DNA from: Blastocatellia bacterium
GTDB lineage: Bacteria; Acidobacteriota; Blastocatellia; UBA7656
Direction: 5' to 3'
Assembly: GCA_963765495.1 (NCBI GenBank)
Contig: CAVXWP010000001.1
Location: 832,001-896,000 of the forward strand
Length of the DNA stretch: 64,000 nt
The position numbers and the translations under genes were made by a program. Shown piece by piece: positions 35,613-44,362 of this stretch. The first letter of the stretch is position 1. Every line of letters starts with the position of its first letter. Below the pieces are notes generated by a model. That model saw only the letters and a list, made by a program, of their open reading frames with translations, did no database searches and was not told the DNA's origin.

Positions 35613-38600
35613 ATGAAAAGCAGATTTTCACTTCCAACAATCATTCGATTACCATTGATGATCAAGCGTCGAATTTGCCGGGCTCGATTCCAATTTATCC
35701 TCGCCTTCCGGCCCTGCTCGACCGGGGCCGCCTTCGCGTTGATTGCAGTTCTGCTTATAGGAGCGGCAACCGCGATAGCCGATTTGAAAAGCGCCGAACA
35801 GGCTCAAAGCGCTTCGCCCGATCTCAATCACTCCTATCTCGGCAAACTTGAGCCGGGTACAAGCATCAAGCGTGAGATCGCAGGTGGTAAGACACACTCA
35901 TATCGCGTCACGCTCGCATCAGATCAGTTTTTACGAGCCGTCATCCATCAACGTGATATTGATGTCAGTGTCAGACTGATCGGGCCGGATGGGATTCAGA
36001 TCACAGAGGCGAGAAACATCCTTGACACGGCGCGACCGGAGCGGATTTCTTTCGTGGCGGATAAATACGGCGATTACAGCCTGGAGGTGGTCGCAATAGG
36101 TAATGAAGAGGATGTGGGCAATTATGAAATGCGCGTCGAAGAGTTGCGAATCGCCACACCAGAAGACCGTAGTCTCACCGCCGCCGAGAAACTCTATCGG
36201 GAAGCAGAGCGGCTGCATGCGCAACCGAATCCGCGGTCGCGGCGCGAAGCCATAAAGAAATACGAACAGGCGCTACCGCTATGGCAGCAAGCCCGTGATC
36301 TGCGTGGGGAGGCCGACACGCTTCAGTATCTTTCGAACGCTTACTACTTGCTTGGTGAATCGGAAAAGGCGGTTGAATACCTCACCCGGGCACGTCCGCT
36401 CTATCGAGCCGCCGGGGACAGCCACGGAGAATCGCTGACCCTACAGGGGCTTGGTTTGATGAATCACCTGTCGGGTAACCTGCACAGGGCGCTCGAATAC
36501 TATAAGCAGGGGCTGGAGCTGCATAGAGAGCTCAGGGACAGATGGGAAGAAGCCGGGACGCTCAACAACATAGGCGGAGTTTATTCCTATATGGGAGAGC
36601 ACCAGAAGGCGCTCGAATACTATAAACTCTCGCTTCCCTTGCACCGGGATTTAAAGGATCAAAGGGGCGAGGCCGTCACGCTCAACAACATCGGCGAGGT
36701 TTATCGCATCCTGGGCGATAACCAGAGGGCGCTCTCATATTACGAGAAATCCTTGCCGCTCCGGCGGCGAGTGAAAGACCTTCGCGGGGAAGCTGTCACG
36801 CTCAATAATATAGGTCTGGTATACATGGCGATGGGCGAGTATCGCAAAGCCCTTGAGCGAATGGATGAATCATTGAAGCTTAAGCGCGAGGTGGGATACC
36901 GCTTCGGAGAAGCCTCCACGCTCAATGGTATTGGGGCCATCTATCATAAGCTGAACGACTACGAAAAGGCGCTTGAGATTCTCAACCAGGCGCTCGAATT
37001 GAGGCGGGCCGTGGGAGATCGCAGGGGAGAAGCCAATACTCTCTACACCCTCGGCTCGGTCTATTTCTCGATGGGCAAACCGGCCAGGGCAATGGAGTAT
37101 TTCAACCGGGCGCTGCCGTTGAGCAGGTCCGTCTGGGACCGCATCCTGGAGATGGCGATTCTTTACAGCATTGCCGACATCGAGCGCGAGCGGGACAACC
37201 TCCTTGAGGCCCGCTCGCGGGCCGATGAGGCGCTGGCAATCATCGAGTCATTGCGTTCGAATGTGGCGGGCCAGGAATTGCGCGAGTCCTTCTTTGCGTC
37301 AAAACAGAATCATTATGAGCTATACGTTGACGTGCTGATGCAACTTCACCATCAGAGCGGGTCCGACCGATATGACGTGAAAGCCTTCGAGGCAAGCGAA
37401 CGCGCCCGTGCTCGTTCTTTGCTGGATACGTTGAGCGAAGTTTGCGCCGGCATCCGTCAGGGGGTTGACCCTGCGCTATTTGAACGCGAGCGGAGATTAC
37501 AGCAACAACTAAATGGCAAAGAGGCGCTTCGAATGCAATTGCTCAGGCGCAAGAACGCCGAAAAGAAGATCGAGGCGATGGAGCGCGCGATCAACGACCT
37601 GCTCAATCAATATAGAGAAATCCGAACGCGAATACGAATAGAGAGCCCGCGCTACGCGGCGCTTTCCGACCCGCAGCCGCTCAACCTCGAAGAAGTCCAG
37701 CGTCTCGTTCTCGATGATGAAAGCCTCCTGCTTGAATACTGGCTTGGAGAGAAAAGGAGCTATCTGTGGGCTGTTACTACCTCTTCGATTACAGGCTACA
37801 CTCTGCCTGCGCGCGCTGAAATAGAATCTGCGACGCGGCGCGTTTACGAATTGCTTACGGCCCGCAACGAGCGCCCGAAGGGTGAAACCCCCAGACAGAG
37901 ACAATCGCGCGTAGCGAGAGCGGATGGTGAGTACATGGCAGCAGCCCGCCGCTTGAGCCGTATGCTGCTTGGGCCGGTTGCTGCTCGGCTCGGCAACAGA
38001 CGGCTGCTGATCGTAGGCGACGGCGCATTGCATTACTTACCTTTCGGGGCACTGCCTTTGCCACAGGTTCGGGAGGCGGCTGCCGTTGATAAACTTAAAG
38101 GCGGCAGAAAAGATGCGACCGGTTTATATAAGCCGCTGGTAATTGAACACGAAATAGTGACCCTCCCATCGGCTTCGGTGCTGGCAGTTCTCAGACGAGA
38201 AATAAACGGACGCAAGCCTGCTCCAAAGCTTGTGGCCGTGCTGGCCGATCCGGTATTCAGGAGCAACGATCCTCGCATAAATATCAAACCAGTAGAATCG
38301 GTGGACGATCCAATCAAGCGGAGCCGGACCACTACAGGATTGCAGGTTTCAAATTCGGAATCTGTTCGTCCGATCAACGAATCGGAGAAAAACAGCTTCA
38401 GACGGCTCCGCTTCAGCCGCCAGGAAGCCAATGCAATTATAGCCCTCGTCCCGGCAGAAAAGAGCCTCAAAGCGATTGACTTCGCCGCCAGTCACGCGAT
38501 GGCCATGGGAACTCAACTGGAAAAGTATCGCATTCTCCACTTCGCCACACACGGATTGCTCGATAGTCGTCACCCGGAGCTATCAGGGATCGTGCTCTCG

Positions 38601-38975
38601 CTCGTAGATGAACAGGGCCGTCCGCAGGATGGTTTCTTGAGATTACATGAAATCTACAACCTCAAGCTCAATGCCGACCTCGTTGTGTTGAGCGCGTGTC
38701 AGACGGCTCTGGGCAAAGAGATAAAAGGAGAGGGCCTTGTCGGGCTTACCCGAGGTTTCATGTACGCGGGAGCGCCTCGGGTGGTGGCGAGTCTCTGGAG
38801 CGTAGAAGACCGAGCTACGGCAGAACTGATGAAGCGATTTTATGAGGCGATGTTGAGCAAGGGCATGACGGGGGGGGCGGCGCTCAGGGCGGCGCAGGTG
38901 GAGTTGTGGAAAGAACGCCGGTGGCAATCGCCTTATTACTGGGCCGGATTCGTGCTTCAGGGAGAATGGAAATAA
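35613..38975 (+). CDS. PPC-TPR-CHAT (caspase-like) protease
   Basis: Hydrophobic N-terminal segment, PPC-like domain, repeated GEA.TLNNIG TPRs, ERARARSL, ILHFATHG and VVLSACQT (His/Cys dyad), SLWSV, PYYWAGF. Confidence 0.92.
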   Translation: MKSRFSLPTIIRLPLMIKRRICRARFQFILAFRPCSTGAAFALIAVLLIGAATAIADLKSAEQAQSASPDLNHSYLGKLEPGTSIKREIAGGKTHSYRVTLASDQFLRAVIHQRDIDVSVRLIGPDGIQITEARNILDTARPERISFVADKYGDYSLEVVAIGNEEDVGNYEMRVEELRIATPEDRSLTAAEKLYREAERLHAQPNPRSRREAIKKYEQALPLWQQARDLRGEADTLQYLSNAYYLLGESEKAVEYLTRARPLYRAAGDSHGESLTLQGLGLMNHLSGNLHRALEYYKQGLELHRELRDRWEEAGTLNNIGGVYSYMGEHQKALEYYKLSLPLHRDLKDQRGEAVTLNNIGEVYRILGDNQRALSYYEKSLPLRRRVKDLRGEAVTLNNIGLVYMAMGEYRKALERMDESLKLKREVGYRFGEASTLNGIGAIYHKLNDYEKALEILNQALELRRAVGDRRGEANTLYTLGSVYFSMGKPARAMEYFNRALPLSRSVWDRILEMAILYSIADIERERDNLLEARSRADEALAIIESLRSNVAGQELRESFFASKQNHYELYVDVLMQLHHQSGSDRYDVKAFEASERARARSLLDTLSEVCAGIRQGVDPALFERERRLQQQLNGKEALRMQLLRRKNAEKKIEAMERAINDLLNQYREIRTRIRIESPRYAALSDPQPLNLEEVQRLVLDDESLLLEYWLGEKRSYLWAVTTSSITGYTLPARAEIESATRRVYELLTARNERPKGETPRQRQSRVARADGEYMAAARRLSRMLLGPVAARLGNRRLLIVGDGALHYLPFGALPLPQVREAAAVDKLKGGRKDATGLYKPLVIEHEIVTLPSASVLAVLRREINGRKPAPKLVAVLADPVFRSNDPRINIKPVESVDDPIKRSRTTTGLQVSNSESVRPINESEKNSFRRLRFSRQEANAIIALVPAEKSLKAIDFAASHAMAMGTQLEKYRILHFATHGLLDSRHPELSGIVLSLVDEQGRPQDGFLRLHEIYNLKLNADLVVLSACQTALGKEIKGEGLVGLTRGFMYAGAPRVVASLWSVEDRATAELMKRFYEAMLSKGMTGGAALRAAQVELWKERRWQSPYYWAGFVLQGEWK

Positions 38976-39124
38976 AGATCGGCGCGCGGTGGCCGATGGT
39001 TAAGCATATCGTAGAGTTAAATTGATCTCTTGCCGATTCCGTATTTGAGATCTCAGATCTCAAATCTCAGATGAGCGAAAGTGAAATATATCAATCTCTG
39101 ACCACCGACCGCCGATCACTGCTT

Positions 39125-39150
39125 TGAAATGTTTTCGCAAATTTTGACAG
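39125..39150 (+). promoter_or_regulatory. ECF-type promoter motif copy 1 (upstream of the sigma gene)
   Basis: TGAAA-tgttttcgcaaatttt-GACAG. Confidence 0.65.
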
Positions 39151-39219
39151 CTACGGGTGAGGCGGTACGGGAAGACTGCGCGCGGCCAGGGCGCGTTGTG
39201 TTAATGGAGTATTGGAGAC

Positions 39220-39804
39220 GTGAGTAAGGCTGTGCTGCAAGAAAAAAAATGGGTCTTAACGCAACGCGCGTTCGACAAGTTTCTCGCCTGCCTAGACTCG
39301 GATCGGGAGCGAGCGGGACGGCAGTACGAGATGATCCGCTCTAAACTCATAAGCTTTTTCGAATGGCGCAACTCGCCGTTTCCCGAAGATCACGCCGATG
39401 AAGCAATCAACAGAGTCGTCAGAAAGATTGATGAAGGAGTTCAATTGCGCGATCCTTCCACTTACGTCTTTGGCATCGCCCGTATGCTACTTCTTGAGAT
39501 CGCAAAAGAGCAGCACAAGAAATGGGCAGCAACCGATCATCTGGCCAGGTCTGTCCCTCCTCTTGAACTTGCGGATGGATCCGAATCGAAAGTTGAGTGC
39601 TTGAGACGTTGCCTCGCGGAGTTGCCCACAGAGAGCCGCGAGTTGATCACACAGTATTATCAGGGAGAGAGACGGGAGAAGATAATAAACAGAAGACGTT
39701 TGACCGAAAGACTTGCAATACCCATCAATGCGTTGAGGATCAAGGCTTGCAGGATAAGGGAAAAGCTCGCAGGTTGCCTCGATCATTGTATGGAAAAGCG
39801 TTGA
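39220..39804 (+). CDS. ECF-type RNA polymerase sigma factor (acidobacterial type)
   Basis: LISFFEWR..PEDHADEAINRV region 2, YVFGIAR, CLAELP..RELI..YY, LAI..NALRIKACRIR region 4; GGAG then GTG. Confidence 0.82.
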   Translation: MSKAVLQEKKWVLTQRAFDKFLACLDSDRERAGRQYEMIRSKLISFFEWRNSPFPEDHADEAINRVVRKIDEGVQLRDPSTYVFGIARMLLLEIAKEQHKKWAATDHLARSVPPLELADGSESKVECLRRCLAELPTESRELITQYYQGERREKIINRRRLTERLAIPINALRIKACRIREKLAGCLDHCMEKR

Positions 39805-39832
39805 GCAGGGTAAGGGACGAAAGGCCGAAGAG

Positions 39833-39858
39833 TGAAACGGATTTGAGATTCCTGTCAG
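39833..39858 (+). promoter_or_regulatory. ECF-type promoter motif copy 2 (upstream of the anti-sigma gene)
   Basis: TGAAA-cggatttgagattcct-GTCAG. Confidence 0.55.
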
Positions 39859-39884
39859 TACCGGATAGGCGAGGGTTGAGCGAA

Positions 39885-40916
39885 ATGGACCGACAAACGG
39901 ATGAAAAACTGATAGCCCGATTTCTGCTGGGAAATTTGGCAGAGCAGGATCGCGTTGCTCTCGAAGAGCGATTCTTTGCCGATGACGATTTCTACTCGCA
40001 AATGCTCGCTATCCAGGAAGAGTTAGCCGACGATTATGTGTGCGGCGATCTTTCTGAAAGCGAGCGCGAGCAGTTTGAGCGGCGTTTCTTAACATCTCCT
40101 TACAGGCGAAGGAGAGTAGAATTCGCTGCGACCCTGGCAAAGGCGCTCCCAGAAATGCGTGATGAACAGGCGAAATCTGCTACGAGCGCGTGGGACGTTT
40201 CCTGGTGGCGCGCCCCGCTTGGATTCCTGCGAACGCAAAGCCCGGCTTTCACTCTGGCCATTTATGCGGCGATATTCTTGTTGTTGTTCGGGATTACGTG
40301 GCTTGAGATTGAGAACCGGCGGTTGGACGCGCAGCTTGAACGAGCGCGTGACGAGCAAGGCCGGTTTTCAAAGCAGGCTCAGGCGGATCGTGAAGAGTTC
40401 GAGCGAGAAGAGAAAAAGCGCCGTCAGCAGATGATTGAGCTGCAATCTCAAAGAGACGAAAAGGATGCGAAGCTTCGAGACGAACGGCGCAGGGTTGAGG
40501 AGATTGAGCGAAGAGCGGCAAGTGAACATCGTCGAAATGAGCTCCGTCCGTCGGACAACCTCGTCTCGTTCGCGCTTCTTCCAGGACTTGTAAGGGGAAG
40601 CGGCAATGAACCCGCAGATGAGCCTGAGAAGATCGTTATTCCACCAAAGACAAACTCTATCAGGCTGCAACTCGAACTCGATAAGGAAGAGAATTATCGG
40701 AGTTATCGCACCGAACTGCGAACAGCGGGCGGCAATCTTGTATGGAGCCAGACTCTACTGGCTCCTAAACAGAGCGGCGGCTCGCAGGTTGTGCCTGTAA
40801 CTCTTCCGGCCAGTATTCTCTCTCAGGGCGAATATGAAGTGACGCTTGCGGGAGTAAACCGGGATGGCGCCCGCGAAGTCATAAGCTATTATTACTTTAT
40901 CGCGCTGAAGAGGTAG
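39885..40916 (+). CDS. Putative membrane anti-sigma factor (cytoplasmic helical domain - TM - coiled coil - beta domain)
   Basis: RFLLGNL..E.RFF..EELADDYV.G.L..ER..FE N-terminus, one TM, charged coiled coil, FALLPGLVRG C-terminal domain; directly after the ECF sigma. Confidence 0.72.
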   Translation: MDRQTDEKLIARFLLGNLAEQDRVALEERFFADDDFYSQMLAIQEELADDYVCGDLSESEREQFERRFLTSPYRRRRVEFAATLAKALPEMRDEQAKSATSAWDVSWWRAPLGFLRTQSPAFTLAIYAAIFLLLFGITWLEIENRRLDAQLERARDEQGRFSKQAQADREEFEREEKKRRQQMIELQSQRDEKDAKLRDERRRVEEIERRAASEHRRNELRPSDNLVSFALLPGLVRGSGNEPADEPEKIVIPPKTNSIRLQLELDKEENYRSYRTELRTAGGNLVWSQTLLAPKQSGGSQVVPVTLPASILSQGEYEVTLAGVNRDGAREVISYYYFIALKR

Positions 40917-40921
40917 TTTTC

Positions 40922-40998
40922 CAACGAAAAAGAGAGAGGGCGCAAAGAGATGACGCAGATGATTCGTCATCCTTTTGCGCCCTCTCTCTTTTTCGTTG
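40922..40998. terminator. Long hairpin after the anti-sigma gene
   Basis: 25-bp perfect arms CAACGAAAAAGAGAGAGGGCGCAAA / TTTGCGCCCTCTCTCTTTTTCGTTG plus an inner stem. Confidence 0.75.
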
Positions 40999-41060
40999 AA
41001 CCCTGCGCCTGTCCGCAGAAGCCCGCCTTTGACCGCAGCCGGAAATCGAGAAAGTTATTG

Positions 41061-41086
41061 TGAAATGTTTTTATGATCATCGCCAG
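41061..41086 (+). promoter_or_regulatory. ECF-type promoter motif copy 3
   Basis: TGAAA-tgtttttatgatcatc-GCCAG. Confidence 0.65.
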
Positions 41087-41240
41087 TAGAGGTGAAAGAA
41101 GGATTTGAAGCAGGTTGGCTTAGATAAGAGTCCCGCTCGAAGCCGGGCTTCTTATCCAGGTCGGGGGATAGAGTTATTGACTCCTTGCCTGATCAAGCCA
41201 AAACGAGGCGCAAAATGATTTCAGATTAAGGGGAAAAATC

Positions 41241-41450
41241 ATGAAGAGCGTTTTCAGATCAAGACGCATTTCAAGGACTCTCGCGGCGTTTCTATTCGTT
41301 TCTGCGCTCTCTCTTTTTGGAGTGACCGCGCCTGTGGCATCAGCTCAGAGCTTCCCCGATCTTACCTTTTCTGCTGCCGGGCAGAATTGCAGCAAGTTCC
41401 GAAATCAACCCATCGCCCTTATAAGCACAAGGGCGTGCCGGATCGAATGA
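41241..41450 (+). CDS. Small secreted protein or truncated remnant
   Basis: AAGGGG RBS, clear signal peptide ending ASA, short mature part with two Cys. Confidence 0.5.
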   Translation: MKSVFRSRRISRTLAAFLFVSALSLFGVTAPVASAQSFPDLTFSAAGQNCSKFRNQPIALISTRACRIE

Positions 41451-41463
41451 GACGAGGAGGGTT

Positions 41464-42246
41464 ATGAAAAGTGCGCTCAAGACAATTGCGATAAGAACTT
41501 TGCCGACCGCTCTTGTGACGCTCGGTCTCGCAATACAAATCTGCGCCAACACAAGGACTATTGAATCCCGTTTCGCGTTGTCGGCCGATATCCGAAGCGA
41601 ATTCAGCACACGGTTTAATGCCCTCAGCCCCGGGAGGATCCTGATGGAAGGCACATGGACTGCCGCAGGTCCCGGCTCCGTTTCTGTTGCCTTGAAACTT
41701 ATGCTGATTCGACCCGACGGGACCGAAGCGGCCCGCAAGCAGGGTCCGGCTCCGCTCAGGCTCGAATATCGTGTATCTGAACAGGAGATAGATTCCTTTA
41801 TCGCCAGAGGCCGGACCTTTTGGACCATCAAGGTCATAAACAGCGCCGATGCGAACAGGCGAGAGGTGGGGGGCAAACTGAGAGTGACGGTTCCCACATT
41901 GAGCCGCAAAGTCTTAGACACGCAATTCACACTGCTCGGGTCGAGCAACGCTCAGGAAATACCTTTCCTTGTCCCCGCGCCCGGAAAGATAGTTGTAGGA
42001 GCCGAATGGGCAGGCGATCCGCTATCGGCCTCCGAACAGCAAGGAGTGTCAATAACGGTCAGTTTGATCCATCCCGGCCAGGCGAGGACTTACGCGCGGA
42101 GGCAGGGCACAAGTCCTCTCAGGATAGAGCATCAGGTGACGGATCGCGAACTCGATAAGGGGACCCGTTGGATTGTCAGGGTCCAGAACGATAATCAGGT
42201 GAAGATAAAAGGCAGGGTCAAGGTTACATACACGCCAAGCCTTTAA
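41464..42246 (+). CDS. Secreted hypothetical protein with two tandem homologous beta domains
   Basis: GAGGAGG RBS, signal-like N-terminus, internal duplication (LIRPD..ARKQGPAPLRLEY / LIHPG..ARRQGTSPLRIEH). Confidence 0.75.
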   Translation: MKSALKTIAIRTLPTALVTLGLAIQICANTRTIESRFALSADIRSEFSTRFNALSPGRILMEGTWTAAGPGSVSVALKLMLIRPDGTEAARKQGPAPLRLEYRVSEQEIDSFIARGRTFWTIKVINSADANRREVGGKLRVTVPTLSRKVLDTQFTLLGSSNAQEIPFLVPAPGKIVVGAEWAGDPLSASEQQGVSITVSLIHPGQARTYARRQGTSPLRIEHQVTDRELDKGTRWIVRVQNDNQVKIKGRVKVTYTPSL

Positions 42247-42309
42247 GGTGAAACCGCTCCGCCGCTTTTTTACCGGCGGGTAGATTTTGATCAAAGAAAG
42301 GAGAACGCA

Positions 42310-43128
42310 ATGAAACGCATTATGATCTGCATGCCGGTATTGCTTGCTGTATTCCTGCTGAATGCAGCCTACTCGATCCCGTGTACTGCCGCACTCGCTG
42401 AATCAAGGATGTCGGCCTTTCAGCTCTCATCGGGGGGGTCATCGGGTTCATGCCCGGATCTGCCCGCGCAGGTTGTTCAACTCGATGTTGCTCCCGCTTT
42501 GCTTGCGTCCAAGTACAGCATAAAGACCGCCTGGAGCGCGAACGCGCCTCAGTGCTTCACTATAAGGCGGTTCATAGTAAAAGCGAATATAACATTCGCA
42601 AACGGCCAGACAAAAAGCATACAAAAGTCGCTCTCCCCTTCTCAGACAAGCTTTCAGGGAGATGTGCCCGGCGCGGGCTCGCTGCCCAGGTTTGCCGATG
42701 TCACCATCACGGCGATAGCGACCGCCCCCGCATCGGGGATCGTGGCTTCCCCGTCAGGCATAGGACTTTCCGGAAATTGCCCGAGCATACCTGTGCATAT
42801 CACGCAGACCCTCTTCAACGGTCTTCAGCCTATTCCCAACCGCCCCGGCGATTATTATCCCAAGGTCAAAGTGGTCTGGAATGTAAACGGGTTGCTTCCG
42901 TGCATTGCGGTCAAGGAGTTCAAATTGACCGTCAGAGTAGGGGCTGATGGAAAAGAGCATCAAAGGACGGTGACTCTTCCCAGCAATCAACTCTCGGCAG
43001 ATGTGGTCATAACATCTGTGGCGGTAGGCTCAGGTTTTACGCCCCAACAGGTCAAATCACAGATCCAGGCTTCGGGCACGGCCCGCATAGAAGGAACCGC
43101 CCTGAAGAAAATACGGATCAACCGATGA
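42310..43128 (+). CDS. Secreted hypothetical protein with two tandem Cys-paired beta domains
   Basis: AAGGAG RBS, signal peptide, repeats SCPDLP..W..PQCF.I..F / NCPSIP..W..LPCI.V..F. Confidence 0.75.
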   Translation: MKRIMICMPVLLAVFLLNAAYSIPCTAALAESRMSAFQLSSGGSSGSCPDLPAQVVQLDVAPALLASKYSIKTAWSANAPQCFTIRRFIVKANITFANGQTKSIQKSLSPSQTSFQGDVPGAGSLPRFADVTITAIATAPASGIVASPSGIGLSGNCPSIPVHITQTLFNGLQPIPNRPGDYYPKVKVVWNVNGLLPCIAVKEFKLTVRVGADGKEHQRTVTLPSNQLSADVVITSVAVGSGFTPQQVKSQIQASGTARIEGTALKKIRINR

Positions 43129-43292
43129 TGCTCTCCCGCCGTTCGCGCGCCGATGGCAGGCGAGCATCTTACCGCAAACTCTGGATGTGACCGTTTCCCG
43201 GACTCTACCAATGTCGTTCAACAGAGTGCCGTCACAAAGACGGTCGTAGTCAGAGAAACGTTCGGACAGCCCTGTGCTGTAGGCAATTTTCG

Positions 43293-43318
43293 TGAAATGT
43301 TTTTTCATAATCTGCCAG
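43293..43318 (+). promoter_or_regulatory. ECF-type promoter motif copy 4
   Basis: TGAAA-tgttttttcataatct-GCCAG. Confidence 0.65.
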
Positions 43319-43423
43319 GAAGAGTGATGTGAGAAATCAAGACATCAACGGATTAAAGAATCGCCCGCCAGGCGAGTCGCTCATCCGGGCCGAGAATTTT
43401 CCAGCAAAGAAAGGAGTAACGAG

Positions 43424-44218
43424 ATGAAGAACCAGTCTATCTTCAAGTCAGCTATAACGTTAACCGCAACAATGTTGTTTATGATTATGCTTGGAGCAAG
43501 CCAGAGCGCCAGCGCGCAATTCGGGCAGAAACCGGACTTGAGGGTCGCCAGAATTGATACGCCGGGAGGGCTCTGCGTCGGAAACAAGAGCAAGATCAGG
43601 GCTACCATAAACAACTCGCAGAACATCGGCGTCAGACAAGCCTTCAAGGTCCTGCTCAACATACAGTTTCCCAACGGCGGGCAGGGAGCTTACGAGGCGA
43701 CAATAAGCGGCATAGGACCCAACGGCAATCAAGCCGCCTGGTTCCAAAACGTCAGCCTGCCAAGCGCCGGGTATTATGCGATGAAGGTGTTTGTTGACCC
43801 GAAGAATAACATTGCCGAAACTGTCGAGAGCAACAATGACAGAGGTCAAGGTTTCAATGTGACGAAGTTCTGCGACGCGCCCACTCCTGTGCAGACATAC
43901 ACACTCACAGTGAAAGTCCACGAGAGCGGCACCTGGAGCGGGGGACAGGGGCAATGGATTCAGGGCGTAACGGTTCTTCTCGAAGACCTGGCCTCCCCGC
44001 ACCAATTCAGTTCTCGCACGGCGACGACCAATAGCCAGGGGGTGGCGACCTTTAATAACGTGCCGCCCAGCAAGCCGGGGAAAAACTTCAAGATCACGGC
44101 TTCGAAATCGAGATGCGCGCAGGTGTCCGGCAACCCCGCGCTTGCTCCCTCAATCAAACAGTTCAAAATGGGCGCATACAACTCGACGCAGCATCTGGCC
44201 CTCGACTGCGATCAGTGA
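43424..44218 (+). CDS. Secreted CARDB-domain protein with a C-terminal prealbumin/CnaB-like domain
   Basis: AAGGAG RBS, signal peptide, PDLRV...VDPKNNIAETVESNN (CARDB), GVTVLL..ATTNSQGVATFNNVP. Confidence 0.78.
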   Translation: MKNQSIFKSAITLTATMLFMIMLGASQSASAQFGQKPDLRVARIDTPGGLCVGNKSKIRATINNSQNIGVRQAFKVLLNIQFPNGGQGAYEATISGIGPNGNQAAWFQNVSLPSAGYYAMKVFVDPKNNIAETVESNNDRGQGFNVTKFCDAPTPVQTYTLTVKVHESGTWSGGQGQWIQGVTVLLEDLASPHQFSSRTATTNSQGVATFNNVPPSKPGKNFKITASKSRCAQVSGNPALAPSIKQFKMGAYNSTQHLALDCDQ

Positions 44219-44362
44219 TCTTCACTCAAAGAGTCTCACCACGGTTGCGAGAATCAACCGAAAGGCAAAATCACTTCAGCACAGGGTTGGCTCTCGCAAC
44301 TGAAACCAAAACAATGAGGCCGGACCAGGAACACCGGCTTCATAAAGGCGAGGGAAATAGAG

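Noticed and set aside
39597-39884. N-terminal extension of the anti-sigma ORF overlapping the sigma gene
   Set aside because: The recognisable domain starts at ATG 39885, and a promoter motif lies inside the supposed extension
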